DNA from: Felis catus
Lineage: Eukaryota
Direction: 5' to 3'
Assembly (NCBI RefSeq): GCF_018350175.1
Contig: NC_058368.1
Span: 208,446,001-208,510,000 of the forward strand
DNA: 64,000 nt
The position numbers were made by a program, and so were the translations under genes. Shown here one piece after another: positions 1 to 12,810 of the stretch. The notes beneath the pieces are model-generated. The model ran no database searches. It had not been told where the DNA came from and was given only the letters and a program-made list of their open reading frames with translations. The stretch's first letter is position 1. Every line of letters starts with the position of its first letter.

Positions 1-485
1 ATTTCTACTGACTGAAAGTTAAAATCTGCAATTTGCTCCAAAAATATGATCAGAGTAGTAGCCTCGACTATGGTCTAGAGGAGAGACTACACATTTGGAA
101 ACAAAGGTTTCAGATTCAAGTCTCACCCTCTCTTTCACCAATTCTGCAATTGTGAGAAAATTAGATATACTTTCAGACCTTAGGCTTTTTATTCTGTAAA
201 ATGGGATAATAATAAACTTGCTCTGTCTCAGCTATGGCATTGGGATCCATTTGTATGATATACTTTTCAAACTCTGGGCTTCATATTGTTATTGATATAA
301 GAGTATCTGAAGGTTTAATCATAATCATTAATGAAAATGGGTTTTGAGGAGCAATAAAAGACAATGTTATGATGATTGCTATTTATTTTTAAAATTCCAA
401 AACTGGCAAAGTTCTGGAAATGTATTAAATACTCTGAGGCTATTATTGCCCTAGTAGGACAAGCACATTTCAGGGGTGTCCTTTA

Positions 486-660
486 TTTTTTTTTTAATTT
501 TTTTTTCAACGTTTATTTATTTTTGGGACAGAGAGAGACAGAGCATGAACGGGGGAGGGGCAGAGAGAGAGGGAGACACAGAATCGGAAGCAGGCTCCAG
601 GCTCTGAGCCATCAGCCCAGAGCCCTACGCGGGGCTCGAACTCACGGACCGCAAGATCAA
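486..660 (-). mobile_element. Young felid CAN-SINE, 5'-truncated
   Basis: A-rich tail, (CT)n linker and B-box half present; 5' ~55 nt missing; 14-bp TSD AGGGGTGTCCTTTA at 472-485 and 662-675. Confidence 0.95.
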
Positions 661-839
661 AAGGGGTGTCCTTTAGCAGTTAATAAGCAGTCCCTATTTC
701 AGAGGCAGCTGCTGTAAGCACTGCAGCTATCTTTATCCCTGATCCATACCAGAGGTTTTGCTAAGTAGCAAAATGTATATTAGCAATGGTTTTTCATTGT
801 CAAAAAGAGCAGTGCTTAATATATGTGGATTTGCTGGTG

Positions 840-1057
840 CAGTGGTCAGAAAACCTGTTTTGTAAAGGGTCATATGGTCAATTATTTTTGGCTTTGCAGG
901 TAAACGGCCTCTGCCACAATCACTCAACTCTGACATTATAGCACAAAATCAGCCATAGACAATATGTAAATGAATTCTCATGACTGTGTTCCAATAAAAC
1001 TTTATTTATAGGCACAGACCAGATTTGGCCTGTACACCATAGTTTTGTCAACAGCCA
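840..1057 (+). mobile_element. MER58A-like hAT-Charlie non-autonomous DNA transposon
   Basis: Matches recalled MER58A consensus (gtaaagggcca...ggctttgcagg...cagccatagacaat...gtgttccaataaaactttattta...gatttggcc). Confidence 0.85.
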
Positions 1058-1164
1058 AGCTAGAATAGTGTAGAAACACTGTCCTTGAGTGGGGAGAGTT
1101 TAAGAATAAAAATCTTTTCAGATATTAAAATGTTTCCCCAAGTTGAGTTCTACAATAGTCCTAA

Positions 1165-1374
1165 GGGGCGCCTGAGTGGCTCAATCAGTTGGGTGTCGGA
1201 CTTTTGGTTTTGGCTCAGGTCATGACCTTGCGGTTCGTGAGTTTGAGCCCCACACTGGGCTCTGCACTGACAGTGTGGAACTTGCTTGGGATTCTCTCTT
1301 ACCCCTTTCTCTCTGTCCCTACCCCACGTGCACGTGCTCTCTCTCTCTCAAAATAAATGTAAAAAAATAAATGT
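1165..1374 (+). mobile_element. CAN-SINE (older subfamily)
   Basis: GGGGCGCCTGAGTGGCTCA start, tRNA-like A/B boxes, CT-rich linker, A tail. Confidence 0.93.
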
Positions 1375-3054
1375 AAATAGTTCTGAATCCACTGCTGTCA
1401 TGGAGGACTCTGGTTACCTGGTGGCAACTACAAGGTTAACTGACCCCTGCCTGTGGGATGTTACGGCGTTTGCCCCAAAGGTGCCATTTAAATGGGGAAT
1501 AACTGGAGCATTTAAAAGGGCAAAGACCTGAAGTCACTGACTGGGTTGCATGCTTTCACACCTGCTTGTCAATAACTGTATAGCAGCAAAATTCGTCAGA
1601 GTCTTGTTGTGTTACTTGTAGCATGACGCCGGGCTTGGAGATCTGTAGTCCTCACCTACCTCTGACTATGGATACACATCCAACATGGATAGCAAGAACC
1701 TGAAAACTCTATGCTGCCAAATTCGTTTCGGCCACTTCGGGGCAAAAGTAGACACCAGAAGGGAGACAGTATCACCAATTCAGGAAAAGAAGAACTGAAA
1801 TTAGAGAAAAGGCAAAGGGCGAGCAAAACAGCCCTGCTCCGTGAGGTCATAACAGCACAGCCTTCTGTGTCATGGGGAACCCAGTCCTTCGGAGTCAAAG
1901 ATGGCATTATCTCTGCAGGTCTTTGCGGCTGGAGAGACCACCCCCAGATTTAACAGCCCTTTCAACTCAGGGGAAGACAGTTCTTTGACTCCGGGCAGCA
2001 ATTACTTTTACAAAGCTTGTTATTGTTGGCAAATTCGCTGCTTCGAATTGTGGTATGTGCTCAGAAAGATCTCCTTCTTTCCAGCGGCTGGTCACCAGGC
2101 AGAATTTCCAACAACCCTTTTATAGGGATTGTAAGGATTAAGTGCAACAAGGTATGTAAGGCCTGGCCTTTAGTAAGCACTCTATAAATGTGAGGTGTTT
2201 ATTATCATCTCCCAAATGTAATTGGCTTCTGTCCCACAGAGACCTTGGACTTTTTTTTTTTTTTTTTTAAGTCCCTGCTCTTTCCCTTGTGATTTGGTTC
2301 ACAGAATTCTACAATTTTAAGACAGAAAAGGACATCCAAGACTGTCTAACCCAATTTCCTCATTTGGTTTTGAAAACCTGATCCCTGATTGGTGACAAAG
2401 TGTGAGGAATTTCCTTCTTATCTATCTTCTTCCATATGGAGACATAAACCACATTAATGCTTAAAGCAGGCTTTAGAATTATGTAGCCAACAAAAGGGAA
2501 CTAGAGTGCATTAACCTATTTCAACCAGAACGTGGGTCAAAAAATAGTTAAAAACTACAGAAAAATAGAATATGGGGTAACTTTGTTAATAGTTCAAATC
2601 ACTGTAATATAAATATTTCAAATAAAAATATTTCAAATTTCAAATAAATATTTCAAATAAAAAAATTACTCTTTCCTTCCTCCTCTAGGATTGGGGAGCC
2701 CAACTATTCCATGAAATAATTTTGGAAAGCATCCTGGAAAGTTTATTCATTCCTTCAATCAAATCGACAAATTTTCATAAAATACCTACATGGTTAGGTT
2801 TCCCTTATAATGTTAGGACTAATAATCATAAAGGTAGAACTCCTAAAACTACATCTCCAGCCATAATCAGCCTCTCTCTTTGCATTGCCATTTCCTTCCC
2901 CAGTTAGGTAGAGACGACCTGAACTTCATTCATTCGATGAATGTTCTTTGGGCACCTATTCTGGGTCAGTCATAATTCTGGGCATCGGGGACACAGTAGT
3001 GAACAGGACAGACATAGCCGCTGCTCTCATGGAGTTGATGTTCTGATGAACTTT

Positions 3055-3070
3055 TTTTTTTTTTTAACGT

Positions 3071-3109
<39 letters not shown>

Positions 3110-3551
3110 TTTTTTTTTTATTTTTTTTTTTAAATTTGTTTTTTCAACGTTTTTATTTATTTTTGGGACAGAGAGAGACAGAGCATGAACGGGGGAGGGG
3201 CAGAGAGAGAGGGAGACACAGAATCGGAAACAGGCTCCAGGCTCCGAGCCATCAGCCCAGAGCCTGACGCGGGGCTCGAACTCCCGGACCGGGAGATCGT
3301 GACCTGGCTGAAGTCGGACGCTTAACCGACTGCGCCACCCAGGCGCCCCTAACGTTTATTTATTTTTGAGACAGAGAGAGACAGAGCATGAATGGGGGAG
3401 GGTCAGAGAGAGGGAGACACAGAATCTGAAACAGGCTCCAGGCTCTGAGCTGTCAGCACAGAGCCCAACGCGGGGCTCAAACTCCCAGACCGCGAGATCA
3501 TGACCTGAGCCGAAGTCGGCCACCCAACCGACTGAGCCACCCAGGCGCCCC
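3055..3551 (-). mobile_element. Nested CAN-SINE pair: young copy (3081-3349) inside the tail of another copy
   Basis: Outer TSD TGATGAACTTT (3044-3054/3552-3562); inner TSD TAACGTTTATTTATTT (3065-3080/3350-3365). Confidence 0.95.
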
Positions 3552-3649
3552 TGATGAACTTTCTATAGTGAGTAGTCCTTCATGCTTACACATGTCAAAA
3601 CCTAAATTCATTCGGATTCCACTGACAGTTGTTAAGTTTATAGTGTTTA

Positions 3650-3800
3650 CCAGGCATTTTCACACGCGTCCTCTCTTTCTCCCTTACAACAATGCTGTAA
3701 AGCAAGCTGTTCTATCCTAATTTGTCCAAAGTGACACAGCTCTAGTAAGGGGTAGAGCCAGAGCTCAAACACAGGTCTTCTAACTCCAGGCCCCATGAGG
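3650..3800 (-). mobile_element. MIR fragment
   Basis: ttgtccaaagtgacacagctctagtaaggggtagagccagagctcaaacacaggtct resembles the MIR core. Confidence 0.6.
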
Positions 3801-4194
3801 TCAGTCTCTCTCTCTCCCTCCACATTCGTACATTGATCTTCTCCAGGTAGCTGCCCTTCCCCAACTTGTGCATTTTCTGGCACCTTCAGCCAGGCTGTCC
3901 TTAATTCTAAATGTCACCAGCCTACCCCTCTCACTCTTCTCTTACCTCCTCCTCCCCCCAAGCCCCACCATCTCTGCATCTTGTAAATTTGCTATCTTCA
4001 GGTCTAGGCTTTGTATCTATTTAGCCCTTCAGCTCGGTCCAAAGAGGCCAAACAAGTTGCTGGCTCCTTGTATCATGGGAATTCTTTGGGAGAAGTTTCC
4101 CTAGTGGAGGAGTCCAACACCGGTCATTGCAAAGACATTATTATGTAACCGTACTCCTTCACGATATCTCCCAGATTAAAAATGTCCCTATCAT

Positions 4195-4431
4195 GGGGCA
4201 CCTGGATGGCACAGTCAGTTAGGCATTTGACTTTGGCTCAGGTCATGATCTCACCGTTTGTGGGCTCCAGCCCTGCGTCACGCTCTGCGCTGATGGCTCA
4301 GAGCCTGGAGCCTGCTTCAGATTCTGTGTCTCCCCCACTCTCTGCCCTTTGCCCACTTGCTCTCTCTCTCTCTCTCTCGCTCTCTCTCTCTCTGCCTCAA
4401 AAAAAAAAAATAAACATTAAAAAAAATTTTT
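4195..4431 (+). mobile_element. CAN-SINE
   Basis: Canonical body and tail; imperfect TSD AATG(T/C)CCCTATC at 4181-4192 and 4432-4443. Confidence 0.95.
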
Positions 4432-4456
4432 AATGCCCCTATCTTCTGCTCCTTGG

Positions 4457-5048
4457 TGTAATAGGTCAACTTATAAGATATCAGAAAGCTTATTGTATAT
4501 AAGTTCAGCTTAAACTCACCTTTCATGAATAATTGAGATAAAAGGCTTATGTAGTTTCCTATTAGGGTTATCAGAAATTTCTAACCACCCTATCTTGCTT
4601 CTGTGACCTCACCTGCTTGCTAAATAGATAACTTAGGATGCAAAACGCTCCCTCACCCCCTCTACCAAGATCTGGCCTAGGCAAGACCAACATGTAAAAA
4701 GTCATGTACTCGCTGCCCTACGGCATCTCAGGTATCTAACTATGATTGGTCATTTTAAACCCTCTTAGGACAAAGAACTTTAAATTGATAGGTTCCCACC
4801 AAAACTAACATCTGTGTGTCACAATATAATTGGCTACCATGAAATGCTGTAAATTGTAATTGGTTAACCAAATAATGACGTATTCTGACTTGCTAAAATC
4901 CATATAAGCTCACTGCTACCTTTGTTCGGGGCCATTCTCTGCACTTTTCTCCTTAAGATCAGGAGATCAGGTTTGGCCTGGCTGTGAACAAAATCTTGCC
5001 TCACTCCTATTCGGCATCTGGTGGTTTTTTCGACAGCACCCTGTTTCA
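4457..5048 (+). mobile_element. Solo endogenous-retrovirus LTR (592 bp)
   Basis: Starts TGTAATAG and ends CTGTTTCA (TG...CA, 6/8 terminal inverted repeat); 5-bp TSD CTTGG at 4452-4456 and 5049-5053; three ATTGG boxes and a TATA-like CATATAAG at 4901. Confidence 0.85.
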
Positions 5049-5069
5049 CTTGGTATTTGGTTAACAGAC

Positions 5070-5340
5070 GCTCTCACATGCACAAATGGCATTATTGGGC
5101 AAATCTACTCACTGGAACATCGTAATAGCAAAAGACTGAAAACCACTTAAATGTCCATTAATAGGGACTAGTTGAATAGAACACAGTGCATTGGTAAAAT
5201 GAGATAACAGAGAAAATGGAGGAAGTTCCTTAAGTATTAATATAGAAAGATCTTCTATAGAGTGTTGTTAAGTTAAAAAAAAAGTTTCGAAGAAGTATTT
5301 ATAGTATAATATATTTGTGTGGAAATATACACACACATAC
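5070..5340 (+). mobile_element. Old L1 (L1M-type) 3' fragment
   Basis: gtaatagcaaaagactgaaaaccacttaaatgtccattaataggg resembles the L1M ORF2-end/3'UTR. Confidence 0.65.
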
Positions 5341-5355
5341 TTTTGAAATGATATA

Positions 5356-5928
5356 TGGCTGACTCTTAAACAACTCAGGTTCATGTCCACTTACACATGG
5401 ATTTGTTTTTTCAATAACTACAGTACAGTAAATGTATCTTCTTTATAATTTTCTTTTTTTTCTTAATTTTTAAAAAATGTCTATTTTTGAGAGAGAGACA
5501 GAGACAGAGACAGAGCACAAGCTGGGGAGGGGCAGAGAGAGAAGGAGACACAGAATCTGAGGCAGGCTCTAGGCTCTGTGCTGTCAGTACAGAGCCTGAC
5601 ATAGGGCTCAAACCCATGAATGTTGAGATCATGACCTGAGCCAAAGTCAGACACTTAACCACCTGAGCTACCCAGGGGCCCCATCTTCTTTATAATTTTC
5701 TTAATAACAATTTCTTTTCTCTAGCTGACCGTATTATAAAAATACAGTATATAATACATATTTCATACAAAATATGTGTTATCTACTGTTTATGTTATCA
5801 GTAAGGCTCCTGGTCACTGTAGACTATTAGTAGTTAGGTTTTTGGAGTCACAGTTATATGTGGATTTTTGACTCCATGGCTTCTGGGGAGGTCAGCCCCT
5901 AACCCTGTTGTCATTCAAGGGACAACCT
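5356..5928 (+). mobile_element. Tigger3-like (TcMar) DNA transposon interrupted by a SINE
   Basis: Degenerate TIRs (tggctgactcttaaacaac / gtcattcaagggacaacct) flanked by TA on both sides; internal sequence matches recalled Tigger3a/b. Confidence 0.85.
5456..5682 (-). mobile_element. CAN-SINE inserted in Tigger3
   Basis: 20-bp TSD ATCTTCTTTATAATTTTCTT at 5436-5455 and 5683-5702. Confidence 0.95.
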
Positions 5929-6068
5929 TATAGGAAATAAGTAACGGTGGTGACTTCCAGAGAAGGAAACTAAGTTTCTGGAAAGTAAGAGAGAAAGAAA
6001 GACTTGCTATTTTTCACTAAATGATCTTTTACATTGTTTGGACATTAAATGCATTATAAAATTAAATC

Positions 6069-6277
6069 GGGGCACCTGGGTGGCTCAGTCGGTTAAGCGT
6101 CCAACTTGGGCTCAGGGCATGATCTTGCGGTTCATGAGGTCGATCTCCTCATTGGCTCTGTGCTTACAGCTTGGAGCCTGGAGCCTGTTTCAGATTCTGT
6201 GTCTCCCTCTCTGTCTGCCCCTCCCTGTCTTGTGCTCTCTTTCCCAAAAATAAATAAATGTTAAAAAAAATTTTTAA
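6069..6277 (+). mobile_element. CAN-SINE
   Basis: Canonical body; AAATTAAATC TSD on both sides. Confidence 0.93.
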
Positions 6278-7619
6278 ATAAATTAAATCATTTAAAAAAT
6301 GTAAAAGCGATATGCCCCAAGCAGATTTGTGTAGCTCAAAAAAAAGCCAATTTTAAGAACATTAGATGCTTCCCTGAAGCTCAAGTATTGGTACCTAGGA
6401 ACGCTCCTTAAGGTGTCTTGTCTGCCCAGATGCCTCCTAAAAGGCTAAAAGTCAAACAATATCAGTGCATTAGCTCCTGATAAGTAGATTGAGATTTAAA
6501 AAGAATTGCATATGTTAAAGATGTGATTTGAATTTGAATTTCTGTAGCCATCAACCTCATTAGGCTTACAAACCCATTGCTCTCCAATAATGTACAAGTG
6601 AATACTTAGAACATCATTAGGAGCCCATTAAAACAGAACCACAGAAAAATATTTTTCTGTTAAGCAAATCAGGAAAAGCAAAGGGGGAAAAAGGCCATTT
6701 ACAGCTGAACTTATAACTAGAAGCATATGCTTGGCCACCAGGAATCAATCTCCTAAGCTGTTTAATTACCAAATCTGATGACCACATCAGAATTTCTTTT
6801 TGTTTTAAAGCCGGCTTAAAAAATAAATACGTATGTTTTAGATGCCATGGCTTCTGCATTGAAAGCACTATCAATCTGAAAAAGAAAATGCAGAGTGTTT
6901 TGTGGCTCGCTGCTTTAAGTCTCCTGGGTAAAAGAGCTGGTTAGCAGTCTTTTCACACAAGTGCGGTGTATATGGGCAGACGCGACTCCGTGTTTTTTGT
7001 ATGGACAACCACCAGTCCCATCGTGCCCCTTCCCAGGCTGGACTTGGGTACAGCCAGAGGAGAACTCCGTCTAAGAATGCTGGGAAACGAGGTTTAATGC
7101 GAATTGGTGGGAGGGTGGGAGAAGGAGGAGGGGAAGGGGTGGGTTCTGCTCCAAGCAATCATTCAGGACCACAGGGTCCTTCTATCTTGCGACCCCATCA
7201 CCCCCAAAGCAGAGACTCAAACGTTTCTGTGCGATGGAACCCACTTGGCAAGCTGGTGAAGCTTAAGGACTGTCCCCACCTCACTGCCAAGGAGCGTGGG
7301 ACAGGCAGGCCCACTGTGTGCCCTGGAGGAAGAGGGGCAATGATGTGGTGAAGAATGACACAACCTCTGCAGGGCTGTTTTGAAGACCGAATCTGAAGTT
7401 TTTACCTTATTTTCACAGTGGGGGGAAATATGTGCTTTTTGGTCACTGACTCTTTTGCATTCTGAATGTTTAGCAATTCCCTCTATTGTGGACAGAGCAT
7501 GATTCTGACCTCAGGGATATTTGTGCATACAGCAGGGCCAAGACTTAAGAATGGCCATCTGCCCTGGGCATTAGGATTTCAGTTCCCACTTAGCCCGCAT
7601 TAAACGTCAGAGACTTCAT

Positions 7620-7815
7620 GGGGTGCCTGGGTGACTCAGTCAGTTAAGCGTCCGACTCTTGGTTTCAGCTCAGGTCATGAATGATCTCGTGGTTCTGGCT
7701 CTGTGCCCACAGTGCAGAACCTGCTTGGGATTCTCTGTTTCCCTCTCTCTCTCTGCCCCTCTCCCCCCTCCCCAGCTCTCTATCTCTCTCTCTCAAAAAA
7801 AAAAAACCCAAAACA
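7620..7815 (+). mobile_element. CAN-SINE (older, internal deletion)
   Basis: GGGGTGCCTGGGTGACTCAG start, CT linker, A tail. Confidence 0.9.
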
Positions 7816-7988
7816 ACCAAATTAATTAATTAAGAAAAACTCGGGACCTTCATCCTATAGCAAATACACTTGCTCTGTTTCCTATAGACAGACCCTGTGT
7901 CTTGTCCCTTCTTGGCCCCCAGCGATTTTCCCTGTTCTCCTGTGTGCTGGAAGGCAGCAAATGATCCACATGTTTGTTTTTACTATTT

Positions 7989-8198
7989 TTTTTTGTTTAT
8001 TTATTTATTTTGAGAGGGACAGAGAGAGTATGAGTCGGGGAGGGGCAGAGAGAGGGGGGGGAGAGAGGATCCCAAGCAGGCTCCACGCTGCCAGTGCAGG
8101 AGCCCAAGGCAGGGTTCGAACTCATGAAACCTGGAGATCATGACCTGAGCTGAAACCAAAAGTTGGATGCTTAACCGACCAAGCCACCCAGGCGCCCC
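7989..8198 (-). mobile_element. CAN-SINE
   Basis: Reverse-complement body; TSD TG(T/C)TTTTACTATTT. Confidence 0.92.
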
Positions 8199-8691
8199 TG
8201 CTTTTACTATTTCCAAAGGTGGTGCCTCTTCCATAACCTGACACATCATAAATGAGAAGAATTAACAAAGGAAAGAAACTGTAGTGAAGCCCTGCAGGGG
8301 GTGAGAGACAGCTTCCCTGGGAATCACTAGCCTTCAGTCTCACACCCACATCGGCATCGGAGCCATTCAAGTGCCTGCTCCCAGTGTCCCCACCCCCACC
8401 TCCCCACCCCCCGCGGAGGGCTGAGTTCTCATGTCCTGGGTGATGCACACACGCCACAAGTGACAGAGTGGCCTGTAGAAAAGCCACCTCATTCCATTCC
8501 CAGACCGAGAAAGGCCAAAAATCAGGAAACGTATGTGGTGGCGGCTGCCCTTATTTATTGTCAGAAAGCATTGAATTCTCCACGCTACACTCTTCTGAAA
8601 CGGTATCGGCATCTGCCCTTACTAATGAGCCCCCTGACGTGGGCTTTCCGCTGGAGAGTAAAAGAAATCACAGCCTTCATGGCACAAACAT

Positions 8692-8701
8692 TGATTGACA
8701 G
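8692..8701 (+). promoter_or_regulatory. PBX-PREP/MEIS decamer TGATTGACAG in repeat-free sequence
   Basis: Exact match to the TALE heterodimer decameric consensus. Confidence 0.45.
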
Positions 8702-9749
8702 GATTATTTACTCCATCGCAGTAGCATCCAGAATAATACAAAGAACGGGAGAGTTTGTTTTGTTTTTTTTTTTAACTCTTCTGGGGATTCAAATATCAGC
8801 TTATTTGGAATTCAAGAGGGCAAAACAAGTGAACTCCAGTAAAGTGTAAATAGATTTCAGTTAATTATGTATTTATTTACTTTATAAATCTATTATCTAT
8901 ATACTGTTGACTTCACTTAATTATCCTATTGCCTGTTGCTAAGTTCGTAGTCTAATTACCGTTCCAATAACACTTTTTCAGAAAGTCTAGTGGAAGTATT
9001 TTCTTAATTCCGCATCCAGTAAGTGAGGTTTGCAGACAGGTAGCCTCATTTTCCCTGCAGTCATTAGAAAGCACGGCAGACTTCTATTTGAAACACGTAT
9101 GAAGCACACACAACGAGCACACACACACAGTATGCTGTTCCCAGTACAGCTCAGAGTGTCCTGGGCCTGGTGGAATTTAGGTTAAGGTCAAATACCCACA
9201 CCTTGAGTTTGAGGCCAGGCAAGGGACATGCACCCCTGGTGTGTGTCCCCTGGGCTGGCCGTCTCCCTAACGAGCAGGAAGCAATATGCAGAAACAGCCA
9301 ATTCTCAATTACTCGGGGGCTCTTGTCGAGCTACTGGATTATCCAATACCTCCATATTGTTTTCTTTTCCCCTCATGAGGCTTACCCCTAGAAGGTGATG
9401 GTGCAATATACGATTTTACCTCTTTCCCAAAGTTTTGGTGGGGCAGATATAGCGCACTGCTGAGGATGGGGGGGGGGTGGGGGAGAGAACTGTTAGCTAT
9501 TTATTAGGATCATTTTCACTGGAATTGGTTCATCATTATAGGCAGAAATCAAATGTTTCCCATATGTGCAAAGCAATTCCCAGTCCTCAAAGTACTTTCT
9601 TTCTCTCTCCGCCTCCTTTTCTCCCTCTCTCTTTCTTTCTCTGTCGGCCCACTTCCTTCCAAGATGGAGAGGTGCTAAAAACCAGCAATTTCAATGTCTT
9701 GTTTTCATTTACAGAGTATGTACGCTCTCTGATTTATCCTCACAAGAAG

Positions 9750-9900
9750 GTCCTTGTTTTTCTACTGAGGAAATTGAGCCTCAGAGAGGCTAAGGGACTT
9801 GTCCAAAGCCATACAGCTAATAAGCAGCTGAAGATGAGATTCAAAGACAGGTTTTGTGATTCAGATGCTGTCAGCTTCTGTCCACCAGAGCCATCCCACC
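9750..9900 (-). mobile_element. MIR
   Basis: gaggaaattgagcctcagagaggctaagggacttgtccaaagccatacagcta matches the MIR core. Confidence 0.75.
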
Positions 9901-11689
9901 TGAAATAGCATGTTCTTCAATGTGAGCTGCTGGCTAAGGTTGAGGGGCCAGGCGTAGGTTAACGTTGAGGGAGAACTTTCTGCAGCAAGGGTAGGTTGAC
10001 CTATAAACTATTTTCATTACATAGCATTCACCATCCATGGAGAGTCTGGAAAAAATTCAGAGATGTAGAACTGAGACAAAATAGCAAATGCAGAGGGTAA
10101 GTGTGTTGCTCCCTCTGGCTTGAGTGAAGAAATGGAAGTCGAGGCAGAAACCTACACGGGGAACACATATTCTTCGGACTTGACAAAATCCTACTGCTAA
10201 AGATCACTGCTCCTTGACCTTTGCAAGTTTTGAGGGCCACCTTATTCCTGATCTTCCAACATTTGCAAACTTACAGTTGCTTACTTATGAAATCATGGGC
10301 TTTAAAAAATATCTGCAAGATGAAATGAAAATAATTAGATGGGATAATCTCAATTACCTAACACTGGGTTGGGCACATAGTTTGGGCTCAATATGACAGC
10401 CGCTACTATGGCCATTATCGTCACCGCTGTCGTGGGTGTTAGAATAAGGCTGCTTTTCTCCTTATTATGAAATAGCCAAGCTATATTTCTTTACTTTGCC
10501 TCTCATACAACACATATAAACATTTTGTCTGAAATTGTATACCTTTTTATTAAAGATAAGCACAGTGACTCATGGTGATAACCGAGCCAACTTTCATACC
10601 AAATCCACTTTGATCTAGAATATGTTCTAATCCCAATGCTTAGACACTCCCACCAGGGTCGCTACTAAACATATAACTGGATTATTAGAGAGGTATTACT
10701 ACATAGCCAGATAGGGTCAATAAGCCATTTCAATTAACTATGCCAAATAGTATATTTCCTTTCCTCCCTCCTTCCTCTTTCCCCTTTTTGTCTCCCCCCA
10801 AGCGTGATGGTTCACAGTACGTCACATTTAAATACCTTGAAAGAGAAAACAGAAAGCATCTGTGAGCAGTAATCAGATTTGCACACAGTGGTTTGGTTGG
10901 TGTCTTGTTTCTCAATCCTGTCATCGTTTGATAATTGTTTTCCCCACTGGGATTTATGGGTGGAAAGCCCCTCCCCCCAAATCTTCCCCATGCCTGAATT
11001 TCCTCTGCTGGGGATTTGTACTGGGAACTGCCTTGTCTGTTTCCAGAACTCTCTTCAAAAAAGCAAAGAGTTCTGGGAAGGGTGACCAAGCCCTTACAGC
11101 TTGGGATAGAAAAGTTTATTGGATGCTTTCTTTTTTGACCTGAGTTATCCAAGTACTTTGAGGATGTTGAGCAAAGGGATGAGGAGGTGGAAGAAACAGT
11201 GAAGGATTTCTGAAGAGAAGCACTATCTTCCTCACTGTTTGCCCAGGGCCAATCTTAGCTCTGAGTTCATTTACTCTGCAATGCAAACACCTTCCAGTAA
11301 CACCAGACCGAACCTCTGATCCTCCCGCAGACCAGCTGACTTCTACAAACAGGCTTTCCATAGGGATTATCAAAGAAACAAACAAGTGGGTTTACACCAA
11401 GTGACTCAAGCCAGGCTCTTTCATCTTCCCACACTGAATCCTGCAGCCTGTAGCCTCTGTGCACGCTCGCTCTGTGTCCACTCTGGTCAGACCCAAGGTC
11501 TCCCTGTTCCTATGAGAGACCAATCTTCCATTTGTCCTCTTCTCCTCAAGGACTTTGCTTCTGCGGCAATTTCTTTCCTCCTCCACCTTCGCTTTCCTCT
11601 ATTCATTTATTCCCCATTTACCTAAAAGCATGCTAACTTCTCCCGGCTCTCCTGTGTCAGTGTCCTCTCCTTCTTAGCCTCCTTTCCCC

Positions 11690-12330
11690 TCCAACAATTC
11701 TACAAACAGAGATTGCCCAGGGCTTTGCCTACTCACTTCATTTTCCTAACTGCCCCTCTCCCTGACCTCATCCAGCACCAAGGCCTTAAGCAGCATCAGT
11801 ATGATGCTGCTGCTCATATTTACATTTCCAGCCTAGACCTATCTCCTCAACCCCACACTTCCCCTTCTTTGGACTTGATATATCTGTGTGGGTGACTAAT
11901 GGGCTCTGGTAAGAGAACTATTGATATCTGCATCCCCCCAACCCAAAGTTACTCCTCTCTCCATCTTAACCATCTCGTAAACACTCTGTTTTCCAATCAG
12001 GAAATCCAGGAAAAAAGCTAAGAGAACACTTTTTCTCCTCATGACAAATCCAACAGGAGATTCTATCACCTCTCCCTCCAAAGTGCCTCTCAAATCCATT
12101 CAGTTACCTCTATCTCCACTATTGCTTCTTTGTCCACACCATAATCGTGTTTTCCCTAAATTCACCTCTTACAGGCTTCCAGATTCCATATTTACCTATA
12201 CAACCCATGTTTCATGATGTCAGGATTATCTTCATAAAATATAAATAGTGCCATACCTTTTCTTTTCTTAAAACCCCCAAACAGTTTCCCATTGTACTTA
12301 GAATAAAAATCAAAGCTCTTTATCATGATA
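11690..12330 (+). mobile_element. L2 (LINE2) 3' fragment; strand assignment tentative
   Basis: catcagtatgatgctgctgctcatatttacatttccagcctagacctatctcc and ttaaaaccccc...cattgtacttagaataaaaatcaaagctc resemble the L2 ORF2-end/3' region. Confidence 0.7.
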
Positions 12331-12499
12331 GCCATGGCTGCCATTAAAAAAAAAATCTAAATGGACATAAATGAAAAACTCCTAAGCTCACCAGCACAGG
12401 TGTAGATAATAAGAGATTGTCCCAATGCTGACAGAGCAAAAATTTCCTGTCCCTTAACCCGGTCATTACACCTAGGTGACACAGCTTTCTAAATCAGAG

Positions 12500-12810
12500 T
12501 GATCACCTCATGTTATTCTTGGGCTTCCTCACAATGTGGAGGCTGGGCTCCTAGTGTTAAGGATACTGGGAGGTGGGAACACTAAGTACAAGTGCATTCT
12601 TTTTATGACCTAGCCTTGGAAGCCACAAAGTATCATCTCTACCATACTCTGTGGGTCAGAGCAGTGACAAATTTCTGTCCAGATTCAATAGGAGGAAACA
12701 CAGAGACCACCTCCCAGTGGTGGAAGTGACAGTCACATAGGTCATGTGAAGAATATGTGGGATGTGATATGCAGATGAGTGTGGCCATTTCTGGAAAGAC
12801 CATCTGCTAC
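12500..12810 (-). mobile_element. MLT1-type MaLR LTR fragment
   Basis: tttatgacctagccttggaagccaca...ggccatttctggaaagaccatctgctac resembles MLT1 in reverse. Confidence 0.6.

Noticed and set aside
376..717. Recurrent ORFs such as GQRETEHERGRGRERGRHR / MAQSVKRPTSAQVMI
   Set aside because: These are CAN-SINE translations repeated across the window, not a gene family.
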